DNA from: a virus
Taxonomy: Duplodnaviria; Caudoviricetes
IMG/VR virus record: IMGVR_UViG_3300032216_000546
Coordinates: 1 to 52,522 of that record
DNA length: 52,522 nt
Reading direction: 5' to 3' (one strand)
Below, in pieces: positions 44,799 to 52,522 of the stretch (its first letter is position 1; each line of letters opens with the position of its first letter). Both the position numbers and the translations under genes were made by a program. Below the pieces are notes generated by a model. The model saw only the letters and a list, made by a program, of their open reading frames with translations, was not told where the DNA came from and made no database searches.

Positions 44799-46132
44799 TT
44801 TAGTTTTAGCGCATTCATGAGTGCGTCTTGAATTGTGATCTTTCCTTTTAACACACTTAACACCTGATTGTCAATGCTTTTATCCATTGCTAGGTGATGA
44901 ATGATCACGGGCTTGGTTTGCCCCTGCCTAAACACCCGTGCGTTGGCCTGCAAATAGTCTTCGCTTGACCATGGCAGGTCAAACCATACAATTTGCGCCG
45001 TGTTGCCAACGTTGCATTGCAAGTTAAGACCAATGCCCACGCTTTTGGGGTGGCACAACAGCACAGGAACGCGCCCAGCGCACCAATTCTCTATGGTGGT
45101 AGTGTCGTCAGCGTTTAGCACGACGGCGTCTGGAAACCGTGTTTTAAGACGTTTTAAACTGTGCTTAAAGTTGTAGAACACAAGTGTTGGCGTTTCGGCC
45201 AACACGTCTTCCAAGAAGTCAACCTTGGCGTCGTGGATAAACGTGGTGCCTTCGTCCTCGTTGTAAATCTCTCCAGAGGTCAACTGCAGCAACTTTCCGG
45301 TCAAAACACCTGCAGAGGACGCGGTGAGCACTTCGTCGTCGACGCTGGCCACCATGTCCCTCTTCATTTGGTTGTACGTTTTGATTGCGTTTGGCTCCCA
45401 CTGGATTGTGTGTACAACGTCCGTACGTTCAGGCATTTTCAAATAGTCTTCTGCCTTTAGACTGACACAGATGTCCGCTATCTGTGTGTCAATCTTTTCC
45501 TTTGCTTGGGGTTTTAACTTCCAGCTCCACACCATCTTGGTTCGACGGTCCATCTGGTCTGGATCGAAGTAGTTTGTCTTGAATGTAGTCATCGATTTCC
45601 CTAACCGCTGACCTTGGTCCAAAATTCCTATTTGGCACCACAAATCTAGATACGACTTTGGTGTTGGTGTGCCTGTCAGTATATACCGATGATCGAAGTC
45701 CGACAATTTCCCCTTCAAGGTTTTCCACCTTTTTGAGGATGGATTCTTGAAACGGCTTGACTCGTCGATAATCAGGTTCTTCCACTTCGGCAGACAGCTC
45801 TGCTCGAATAGCCACGAGACATTCTCGCAATTGATCAAGTACACGTTGCAATTCATCTTGAGTGCACTCAATCGTTCCTTTTGTGCACCAAGGATTACTG
45901 CAAACGTGAGGTGTTTTAGATGTTCCCATGATTTTGCCTCCTGTTCCCAAACGTTTTTAATTACTGCCTTCGGACCAATTACAAGTGTTGGTCCTTCATT
46001 CTTGCTTACTATGGTGAGCGCCGTCACAGTCTTGCCCAGACCCATGTCCATTAGCAGTCCCATGTGTGGCCTTGTAAGGCTCATCTCTATTAACTTCTTT
46101 TGATAGTCGTGTAACTGGTCTAAATGCAACAT
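44795..46132 (-). CDS. SNF2-family helicase
   Basis: MGLGKT, IIDESS, LTGTP, GLNLQ and QANARVFRQGQ. Confidence 0.93.
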   Translation of the reverse strand: MLHLDQLHDYQKKLIEMSLTRPHMGLLMDMGLGKTVTALTIVSKNEGPTLVIGPKAVIKNVWEQEAKSWEHLKHLTFAVILGAQKERLSALKMNCNVYLINCENVSWLFEQSCLPKWKNLIIDESSRFKNPSSKRWKTLKGKLSDFDHRYILTGTPTPKSYLDLWCQIGILDQGQRLGKSMTTFKTNYFDPDQMDRRTKMVWSWKLKPQAKEKIDTQIADICVSLKAEDYLKMPERTDVVHTIQWEPNAIKTYNQMKRDMVASVDDEVLTASSAGVLTGKLLQLTSGEIYNEDEGTTFIHDAKVDFLEDVLAETPTLVFYNFKHSLKRLKTRFPDAVVLNADDTTTIENWCAGRVPVLLCHPKSVGIGLNLQCNVGNTAQIVWFDLPWSSEDYLQANARVFRQGQTKPVIIHHLAMDKSIDNQVLSVLKGKITIQDALMNALKLK

Positions 46133-46620
46133 CAGTAGCCTCCGCGCTCTCGCGCTCCATCGTCTGTAATAATCCGAGGACGCGAGGGAGCTTGGATGTA
46201 TGTAAATGCACTGTCGAGAAAGGAGGGGGGTCGAACAGCTCCATATAAATCTATTTCCTTTTCTTTAATTTTTAACCAATCAGCAACCAAGTACAGCTCT
46301 TCTGAATTGGCGTTCGATTTGATCATGTTTGCTTTAACACTCATCCATGCAACGTTGCCTCGTATGTACCCTTTACTGGGCACCACACGGTCTAGGCTTG
46401 GTGACATTGGACGAATCATTTTACTGTCTTCTTTCTTGTTGATGCCCCACATTAAAGACTCCTTGAAGATGGGACACTTGTCTGGTGCTATAGCTTGAAG
46501 ATAGTCTAGTGTCAAATCAAACGGCAGGCTCTTCCTTTGAGCTCGTCGTTTGGCGTGGTACATTATTTTACTAATGTTGGCTCGTTTTTGTGACAGCGCG
46601 TCTTTTTCTTCAGGGCTCAT
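46132..46620 (-). CDS. HNH-like (His-Me finger) endonuclease, probable homing endonuclease
   Basis: CPIF, SPSLDRVVPSKGYIRGNV and ANMIKSNA. Confidence 0.7.
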   Translation of the reverse strand: MSPEEKDALSQKRANISKIMYHAKRRAQRKSLPFDLTLDYLQAIAPDKCPIFKESLMWGINKKEDSKMIRPMSPSLDRVVPSKGYIRGNVAWMSVKANMIKSNANSEELYLVADWLKIKEKEIDLYGAVRPPSFLDSAFTYIQAPSRPRIITDDGARERGGY

Positions 46621-46889
46621 AGCTCACTTACGAAGTTGTCGATTTGTTCTTCGTTGGACAATACCCTTGTGTCCACCCCTAAACTTTGCAACCTTGCTAT
46701 CATGAGTATCTGTCTTGCGCTTAACTTCCCCTTCGGGTCTTTCAGCTCCACTGGGTATATCCTCCGCTGATATATCACCAGACGGTCCGGCACCCCCGTG
46801 GTTCCTGGGCTCACCCACTTCAGACACAATCCCCCCTTTTCCTTCACCTTTTTTACCAGTCTTTGCTCTAGCTTCTTTTCGTTTTGCAT
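46617..46889 (-). CDS. VRR-NUC nuclease (Holliday junction resolvase-like)
   Basis: EKKLE, GVPDRL and VELKDPKGKLSARQ; start reassigned to MQNEKK. Confidence 0.88.
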   Translation of the reverse strand: MQNEKKLEQRLVKKVKEKGGLCLKWVSPGTTGVPDRLVIYQRRIYPVELKDPKGKLSARQILMIARLQSLGVDTRVLSNEEQIDNFVSEL

Positions 46890-47286
46890 CTTTTTCCCTT
46901 TGTAAAGAACAAGCCAAATACACCTGCTCGACCATGTGTTGTAGCAGGTAAGCCCGTGTCTCTTCACCGAACTCTTCTTTTTGCTCGCCAATGTGTTCAA
47001 GTATGCGTTCAATAACGTGCGACATTTCATGAGCAACAATACCCGCTAAGTATTGGGGCTCTTCGTGCGTAAGTGTATCAAGGTTAAAGATGACCACCAC
47101 GACCGACTCTTTGGTGTTGCTGAACGAATGCGTCTCCGCAACACCGTAGTCCAGTGGCTTTGGGTCTTCCACTATCGGGATGCCGTGGTCTTTCAGCACC
47201 TCGTAAAACGCCTTGCGTGTAAAGCATAGTTTTACGGGCACTGGAAAGAAACCACAATCTACGTCAAAGTAGTTATATTTTTTCAA
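46624..47286 (-). CDS. HEXXH zincin-like protein with C-terminal tail overlapping VRR-NUC
   Basis: IVAHEMSHV and downstream EETRAY. Confidence 0.65.
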   Translation of the reverse strand: MKKYNYFDVDCGFFPVPVKLCFTRKAFYEVLKDHGIPIVEDPKPLDYGVAETHSFSNTKESVVVVIFNLDTLTHEEPQYLAGIVAHEMSHVIERILEHIGEQKEEFGEETRAYLLQHMVEQVYLACSLQREKDAKRKEARAKTGKKGEGKGGIVSEVGEPRNHGGAGPSGDISAEDIPSGAERPEGEVKRKTDTHDSKVAKFRGGHKGIVQRRTNRQLRK

Positions 47287-49589
47287 GAGAAGATTTCCTC
47301 GCGTTCAAAGTTATTAATGCCTGCAATGTACTTGGTCGCCTTCTCGTTGAGTGTAACCCCGCGGTACACGTTGTTAACGCTCCCGTCGGCTCGCACCCTG
47401 TCTGCTGTGACCCTATGGTCTTGCGTTGCGGCCAGAAACCTGCGCTTGAACGCAAGGTCACTCCCAGGAGGCATGTTCTTGGCAGAACACCACCTCTTCC
47501 AACACGAGAACACGTCGTCTTTATTGGCCACGCCTTCGAGGTCATAAGTCAACGCGTCGTTCACAAACGACCCAATCGGGTTGCCCAACTCCTCCATCAA
47601 CTCAAGTAACTCGCGCCCACTGGCGGGTTGCAGGAACCGCTGACCTGTTCTTGTCATGCGTCTTTGCTGACCCTCAATTGACCAGTTAAAAATCGCGGGC
47701 AACTCCTTGGCCAACTTGTCTGCCAAGTTAACGTCCTCTTTGCCGTAGAAACTGTTAGTCATCTTTAAGACTATCATCCTGCCGGTCAACGCGTTTGAGT
47801 TTTCTGTCAACTGCAACGCCTCGTTCGAGTACACGACGATCCTCGTTGGAAGATACCCAGACCACGCCTCTTTGTTCTTTCTGTTGACGGTGATCGTGTC
47901 CCCTCCAACTATCCTCAACAACTGACTGACCACGGCGCCTCGATTTCTCTCTGGCGCTCTGGCGTCTGTGAAACTCGCCAACAGTTTTCCGATCCATGGC
48001 TGTAGTCCAAACGTGTCGCATAACTCCTCCAGTTGTGGTGCCACTGTGTTGTGCTGTCCAAGTAAACTGACCAACACCTTGTTGATCGTTCCCTTGCCAG
48101 ACCGTCGTGGCCCAATGATGTTAAAGAACTTCTGTTGGCTTGAGTCACCGCTCATGATGTACCCAAACATCTCTTGCAGGCAGTCGATGCTCTCTTGGTC
48201 GTCGGGCCAAATGTCCTGTAAGAACGACAGCCACGTTGGGCACTGCGCCGTTGGGTCGTACGCAAACGGCAAACAATTCAACGTAAAAAACCCGAGACTG
48301 TGCGGTAGCAACAGCTTCTGCTCTGTGTGGAACAAACCGTTCTCAAGCGAGACCAACTTAGACGGGTCGGGCTTGTCCCTGCCGTACCCATCCAACCACA
48401 CCGGTGGCCTTGTGTGCGCCACGTTGGGCAGGTGTGTGACGGCCTCCACGGCGTCCAAGATACCCGACACTGTGGCGGGGCCTGGGTTGAACGCGATCAT
48501 TTGCATCTTCTTGTCGTACTTCTTGCACTTGTCCAAGAAGTTGTACAACTGACTGCGCACCGTCGCCTCCTCGATGTCCTCGTAGTGCGTGCCCTTGAAC
48601 CTGAACATGTCCCCGCCGTACGTGGTCAGCGTGTGCCCTTCCTCGCAGGTGAACGTGCTGTTCAAGAACTCACGTGCGTGTGACAGCGGACCGCCTGTTA
48701 GCACCTTCTCGCCCTTGGCCACCAACTCGACCTCTTTGGCCTTGTTGACCTTGAACACGACAGAACGTAAGGTAGTGCCACTCGTGCCTCTGAACGTGTC
48801 CCACTTGCGCTCGCACTCGCCTGACACGTACGAGTCGCACGTGCCGTCTGCGTCGGACCATCTGTCCCACAGCTCAAGCGCCTCGTAGTCCCCACCGAAC
48901 TGGTGGTGTAGCGACATGCCAACCTGCAACCAGTCTGTGTACCCACAATTCGGGTCTAACTGGGTCAGCAACTGGGTCTCGACCCGTGCCAAGTCCCAAC
49001 CGTCCATGGGTGGGTTGTAGTCGGCAAACGAGTCACCAGTCCGGTACACTTTACGCTCCGGCACCAAGAACTCAAGGTCTTGTTCCTGCTCGGGTATGGT
49101 GCCACCCAACACGTGGCCGGTGACCGTAAAGTACCGCCCCTTTGGATAAATCTCCAACCCCTTGTCATGGTCAACGTGCGCCGAGTTTAACTGGGCGCGG
49201 GTAAATATTTTGATCCCCGTCCCCGACGGGCTGATCTCTGCGTACCCCTCCACCTTGGCCATGATGGTTTTGGCGTGGTCGTCTAGTACCCCATCCACCA
49301 CACAATCATCGAGGTCAATCCCCATAATGCTATCTGTGCCGTCAAACACAAAACCAACACCTTCAAAATTCCCAGACTGATACGCCTCTTGTACTGCAAG
49401 GTAGTCACTCCATGTGTTAGGGTTTGTAGAACTTGCTGAAGAACCGTTTAACTGAATTGGCAATTTTGCCCAACGTTTGTTCTGCTCTTCGCCAACCTCC
49501 ACAAAACGCCACAACACCCACCGAGGTATCTTTTTCAACGACATCGGTATGTTCTCGAACTGCACTTTTAACGCTGTAGGTTTGTCCAT
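47283..49589 (-). CDS. Primase-helicase (AEP primpol, PriCT-2, D5-like SF3 helicase)
   Basis: GIDLDDC, EISPSGTG, RYFTVTG, WLQVGMSLH..WDRWS and Walker A GPRRSGKGT. Confidence 0.92.
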   Translation of the reverse strand: MDKPTALKVQFENIPMSLKKIPRWVLWRFVEVGEEQNKRWAKLPIQLNGSSASSTNPNTWSDYLAVQEAYQSGNFEGVGFVFDGTDSIMGIDLDDCVVDGVLDDHAKTIMAKVEGYAEISPSGTGIKIFTRAQLNSAHVDHDKGLEIYPKGRYFTVTGHVLGGTIPEQEQDLEFLVPERKVYRTGDSFADYNPPMDGWDLARVETQLLTQLDPNCGYTDWLQVGMSLHHQFGGDYEALELWDRWSDADGTCDSYVSGECERKWDTFRGTSGTTLRSVVFKVNKAKEVELVAKGEKVLTGGPLSHAREFLNSTFTCEEGHTLTTYGGDMFRFKGTHYEDIEEATVRSQLYNFLDKCKKYDKKMQMIAFNPGPATVSGILDAVEAVTHLPNVAHTRPPVWLDGYGRDKPDPSKLVSLENGLFHTEQKLLLPHSLGFFTLNCLPFAYDPTAQCPTWLSFLQDIWPDDQESIDCLQEMFGYIMSGDSSQQKFFNIIGPRRSGKGTINKVLVSLLGQHNTVAPQLEELCDTFGLQPWIGKLLASFTDARAPERNRGAVVSQLLRIVGGDTITVNRKNKEAWSGYLPTRIVVYSNEALQLTENSNALTGRMIVLKMTNSFYGKEDVNLADKLAKELPAIFNWSIEGQQRRMTRTGQRFLQPASGRELLELMEELGNPIGSFVNDALTYDLEGVANKDDVFSCWKRWCSAKNMPPGSDLAFKRRFLAATQDHRVTADRVRADGSVNNVYRGVTLNEKATKYIAGINNFEREEIFS

Positions 49590-49773
49590 TTTTTATAATC
49601 CTGATGTTAATTATTGGTCCAAATTGGGTCTGCGTTTCGTCTCGCAACCCCACCATTTGCTCTATCAAGTGATCTGCGTCACAGTAAAAAGCAGACGCTG
49701 TGTCGGGCACATTGCCCCGTTCCACGTCTATCAATGCCCCATTATACAGTCTAATCGTTGCAATGAACCTCAT
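49417..49773 (-). CDS. Hypothetical protein; 3' part overlaps the primase start
   Basis: ATGA coupling at its start; fills the gap 49590-49773. Confidence 0.5.
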   Translation of the reverse strand: MRFIATIRLYNGALIDVERGNVPDTASAFYCDADHLIEQMVGLRDETQTQFGPIINIRIIKNGQTYSVKSAVREHTDVVEKDTSVGVVAFCGGWRRAEQTLGKIANSVKRFFSKFYKP

Positions 49774-50147
49774 TTTCCTGTGAGGAGTTTAGCAAACTCG
49801 TCCCTTTTCTTCTGGTTGGTCTCTAACAAGTCGCGTATGTGGTTCATGTCTGCCTGCATTTCTGTTATTGCTAAATCCATTTCTTGGACCGCTGCCCAAC
49901 CGTATTGTGTTACGGCCTGCTCTTCTGTCAGGTTTTTGCGCATGATTTCGTCAATTATAGCAAACCTTGTGTCCGGCTCCTGCCTGATGGTTTCAAAATA
50001 AAACAAACCAGTTACCTCTAACATCCACAACACCGCGTATGGAAACAACACCAAAAATATAAGACTGGCAACCGGCTCCGACGTGAACGAGCACAATGTG
50101 CCAATTAACGCGCCGACGATGTAGGGTATAAATATAAATAACTTCAT
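49770..50147 (-). CDS. Membrane protein (two TM segments plus coiled coil)
   Basis: Two hydrophobic N-terminal segments. Confidence 0.7.
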   Translation of the reverse strand: MKLFIFIPYIVGALIGTLCSFTSEPVASLIFLVLFPYAVLWMLEVTGLFYFETIRQEPDTRFAIIDEIMRKNLTEEQAVTQYGWAAVQEMDLAITEMQADMNHIRDLLETNQKKRDEFAKLLTGK

Positions 50148-50389
50148 TCTGAATCCTCGTCATAGTAGTCGTCTTTCCACACCAACACCGGCGTGTCCTC
50201 GCCAATGTACGCGCCCTCTATGTTGAACTCAATAAACTCTCGGGCCTCTTCATGCGACATGCCGTCTCGTTTCATTAGAATCGTTCGCATGTCCTCGGCG
50301 TCGTACACCAACACCGCGACCGTTGTTTGGTCTCTCCAAATGTAGGCCGGTCCAATTATGGCCTCGTCAAACCCGTACCATTTTTTCAT
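50144..50389 (-). CDS. Acidic phage hypothetical protein
   Basis: GFDEAIIG..DGMSHEEAREFIEFNIEGAYIGEDTP. Confidence 0.75.
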   Translation of the reverse strand: MKKWYGFDEAIIGPAYIWRDQTTVAVLVYDAEDMRTILMKRDGMSHEEAREFIEFNIEGAYIGEDTPVLVWKDDYYDEDSE

Positions 50390-50712
50390 GTTGTTTCCTC
50401 TTCTTCAAAGTCACCAAGGGACAGTCGGGCCCTGTTTTCATTAATGTACTTGGGTTGGATGTCTTTCCACGCCCTGGCCGTCTCTTGGTACCTTATGTAC
50501 TCGTCGTTGGGTATCCACAGTGGCGTCAGCCTGCCATTTTCCTTGATTGAACCGGCCGTCTCTGTGGGCGCCGTGCCAGTCAACTCGAACGTGCCATACG
50601 CCTTGCGCATGCGCAACCAAGTCTCCCTCACCGGCTCGGTCCACTGCTCTGCGTGCTCGCTTGGTAGCCACTTCATTTTTTGTTTCCAGTCTTTTTGTTC
50701 TTTGTCTGTCAT
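50386..50712 (-). CDS. Hypothetical protein
   Basis: Tiles with its neighbours; ATGA coupling. Confidence 0.65.
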   Translation of the reverse strand: MTDKEQKDWKQKMKWLPSEHAEQWTEPVRETWLRMRKAYGTFELTGTAPTETAGSIKENGRLTPLWIPNDEYIRYQETARAWKDIQPKYINENRARLSLGDFEEEETT

Positions 50713-50856
50713 TCATTTCACCATGAAGTAAAGCCCCACGTTGGCTGTTGAGTAACTAAAGTACATCAGCGCCATGGGGTAGTTTTCGTTCCAAGCCTGC
50801 TCGGCACCCACATACGCATATATGAGGCCTGTCAGCACAATTAACGACGTGCTCAT
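50713..50856 (-). CDS. Small membrane protein
   Basis: GAGG RBS; MSTSLIVLTGLIYAYV..YSTANVGLY. Confidence 0.7.
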   Translation of the reverse strand: MSTSLIVLTGLIYAYVGAEQAWNENYPMALMYFSYSTANVGLYFMVK

Positions 50857-51002
50857 TTGGTTTCCTCGTCGGCCAACTCGTAGCAGGCCATCCAACCGGC
50901 CTCAAACGCGTTAAACTCCAAGTAGAACTCGTTTGGCCTGTGTGAATGGTTGTACTTTTCCCAAGCCTCTAAAATCAACTCTGTTATGGTAGGTTGTTCC
51001 AT
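50853..51002 (-). CDS. 49-aa hypothetical protein (not in ORF track)
   Basis: MEQPTITELILEAWEKY..AFEAGWMACYELADEETK; ATGA coupling. Confidence 0.6.
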   Translation of the reverse strand: MEQPTITELILEAWEKYNHSHRPNEFYLEFNAFEAGWMACYELADEETK

Positions 51003-51163
51003 CCAAATATCCCCAGTGACGTCAGTATGCATAATAGTCCAATCCCTTCTAAGAAAATAATTAACTGCTCTGTGAATAGGTCAATAAAAGGCCATCTTTT
51101 AAACGCCTCGTACTGAAGTAGCCCACCTAAAACCACCATGGCCAAGCCAATCGTGAACATCAT
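50984..51163 (-). CDS. Small two-TM membrane protein
   Basis: MMFTIGLAMVVLGGLL..IIFLEGIGLLCILTSLGIFGW. Confidence 0.6.
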   Translation of the reverse strand: MMFTIGLAMVVLGGLLQYEAFKRWPFIDLFTEQLIIFLEGIGLLCILTSLGIFGWNNLP

Positions 51164-51381
51164 TCTATGCCACCCATTCGTATGGTGTCGATGATCGTGT
51201 GCCACTCGGCGTCCGACCCAAGCTCGTCCACGTCGTACGCAACTGACATGCGCACAAACGCCTCGATCTTGTCCGCGAACTTGAAGATGTCGAGTCCACT
51301 CGCCTCGGTCGGACCACCCCACGTGTGCACCAACATGGCGCCGGCCTGTGTGGCCAATAGTTTAACTTCTTCGTCATGCAT
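51160..51381 (-). CDS. Hypothetical protein
   Basis: GGAG RBS; tiles with its neighbours. Confidence 0.65.
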   Translation of the reverse strand: MHDEEVKLLATQAGAMLVHTWGGPTEASGLDIFKFADKIEAFVRMSVAYDVDELGSDAEWHTIIDTIRMGGIE

Positions 51382-51694
51382 TTACTCTATCTCCTTTGGC
51401 ACACGGCCATGGTTTGTTAAGTGCGAACTGCACCAAGTCCCCCGCGGGCTCGTCACCCAACTGAGGCACACGTTTAAGAAAATTCTTTACCAGTAGCACG
51501 GCCTGCTCCAGTGACGCGCCCTTGGTCGGGCACACCAGTGGGCTCGCGTCGACCACACCGGCCACGTACGTGAGTCCCGCTGTCTGCTCTGCCGGCGTGC
51601 CGGTCAACATCGCGTACAGGTCTTTTGCCTTCATTTGTTGCGCGTTGGCTGTAAGGCTCGTGTAAGCAATTATAAGCGCCAGTATCGTTTTCAT
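51374..51694 (-). CDS. Secreted Rap1a-like (T6SS amidase immunity family) protein
   Basis: Signal peptide ending ANA; YVAGVVD..VCP..Q..LVKNFL..P..PA..LV..AL..WPC. Confidence 0.7.
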   Translation of the reverse strand: MKTILALIIAYTSLTANAQQMKAKDLYAMLTGTPAEQTAGLTYVAGVVDASPLVCPTKGASLEQAVLLVKNFLKRVPQLGDEPAGDLVQFALNKPWPCAKGDRVNA

Positions 51695-51906
51695 TGTGTA
51701 AACCTTTCACATAGTAAAGACAGCTCCTCCTCGGCACGTTGTTGATTGAATGCCTCTTTGATTGCGTTCTCTAACGTTTCGGTCGGGTAGTTTTTTGGTA
51801 TTGTTAAATTGATGATCCACGAGTCTGGTGTCTCGTAAAAGAACTTAGCTAGCTCGCTGTACATTTTGAACCTTTCGTTTGCGCCAACCAGTGGCGGGTT
51901 CCCCAT
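51691..51906 (-). CDS. Hypothetical protein
   Basis: Tiles with neighbours. Confidence 0.55.
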   Translation of the reverse strand: MGNPPLVGANERFKMYSELAKFFYETPDSWIINLTIPKNYPTETLENAIKEAFNQQRAEEELSLLCERFTQ

Positions 51907-52042
51907 TGTCTTCGCTAATTAGGTGGTTGTCAAACAGATATTTTGCCTCCTGTTCTGATATCCATTGTGGCGTGTTTTTGTCATTGCGCCATTTTGATTC
52001 CCTCTCGATGCGCTCAAACTCGTCGTCTTCTTCTGTTCTCAT
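51845..52042 (-). CDS. Hypothetical protein
   Basis: AGGAG RBS; MRTEEDDEFERIERE start. Confidence 0.6.
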   Translation of the reverse strand: MRTEEDDEFERIERESKWRNDKNTPQWISEQEAKYLFDNHLISEDNGEPATGWRKRKVQNVQRAS

Positions 52043-52404
52043 GTGTTTTTCTCCTTTAGTTTGGTTTGTATGCGCTGAAACGCCACAAGATAGTTACCTC
52101 GTTCTGCAATCTGGCAGGCTTCAAAAAAGTCCTCATCCGTCAGCCCTACCCATTCACGTTCAGACATATATTTGTCAGCACAAACCACACAATACAAAGC
52201 ATATCCTCCACCAATACCGCATTTAGCACACGACCCCTGTTCTTTTACTGGTTGTGTCAACGCTTCTTTAATGGCGGTAATGGCTTGGTTGATAAAGTGT
52301 TCGGGACGGCCTCTTACTTGCTCATGAGAATACGAGTCAAGACAAGTCGCCACGCTTCGTTCCAACGCTTTCAATGCAAGGCGTAATGCTTCGTCTTTAG
52401 TCAT
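52039..52404 (-). CDS. Modular early protein with CxxC-CxxC insert
   Basis: MTKDEALRLALKAL..AITAIKEAL..CAKC..CVVC..WVGLTDED..KLKEKNT. Confidence 0.75.
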   Translation of the reverse strand: MTKDEALRLALKALERSVATCLDSYSHEQVRGRPEHFINQAITAIKEALTQPVKEQGSCAKCGIGGGYALYCVVCADKYMSEREWVGLTDEDFFEACQIAERGNYLVAFQRIQTKLKEKNT

Positions 52405-52522
52405 TTTTGTCTTCCATGTCTTTGAGCATATGGTTCAAAGCAAACATTTTCTTTGTTGTTTCCATCTGTAATTTATGTATCTGTTCCATTGCTTCGCTTA
52501 ACGCTTTGTTTGCGCCATACAA
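52397..52522 (-). CDS. Partial ORF, truncated at the window end
   Basis: Open frame LYGANKALSEAMEQ..MEDKND* runs off the window edge. Confidence 0.55.
   Translation of the reverse strand: MYGANKALSEAMEQIHKLQMETTKKMFALNHMLKDMEDKND

Noticed and set aside
37423-49380. Long + strand ORFs antisense to replication genes, and - strand ORFs under the structural genes
   Set aside because: These are shadow ORFs from codon bias, with no RBS or recognisable motifs.
52397-52522. Terminal repeat or circular closure with the window start
   Set aside because: The ends share no sequence and the last ORF is truncated, so the genome continues beyond the window.

Overview
The window is most of a tailed dsDNA phage genome (podovirus/P22-like virion layout) infecting a Gram-negative host, as shown by its Rz/Rz1 spanins. 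The small early genes resemble freshwater betaproteobacterial phages, which is an inference. The + strand (about 470-37341) carries late genes: a free-standing degenerate intein-like gene coupled to terL, portal, GroES, scaffold, major capsid, collagen fibre plus GT2-TPR glycosyltransferase, tail fibres, a lysis cassette, tail and ejection proteins, and an SLT virion protein. The - strand (37371-52522) carries replication and early genes: family A DNA polymerase, DUF5664, class II RNR, DUF2815 SSB, DUF2800 nuclease, a displaced terS-like gene, SNF2, VRR-NUC, primase-helicase and a Rap1a-like protein. The right end is truncated mid-ORF. No integrase, RNA polymerase, tRNA, CRISPR or reverse transcriptase is seen. 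The most notable signals are: (1) an A_AAA_AAG plus hairpin -1 frameshift that adds a transmembrane tail to the gene before the holin; (2) five copies of an ATGGGTA-N8-TAGGA motif, one in front of the displaced terS; (3) a shared hydrophobic-x-x-GG motif delimiting modules in four probable internal virion proteins; (4) three clustered sigma-54 consensus sites and a 50-bp inverted repeat around T23; (5) a catalytically stripped stand-alone intein; (6) two leader RNAs with predicted pseudoknots. All family assignments come from motif recognition by eye, not from database searches.
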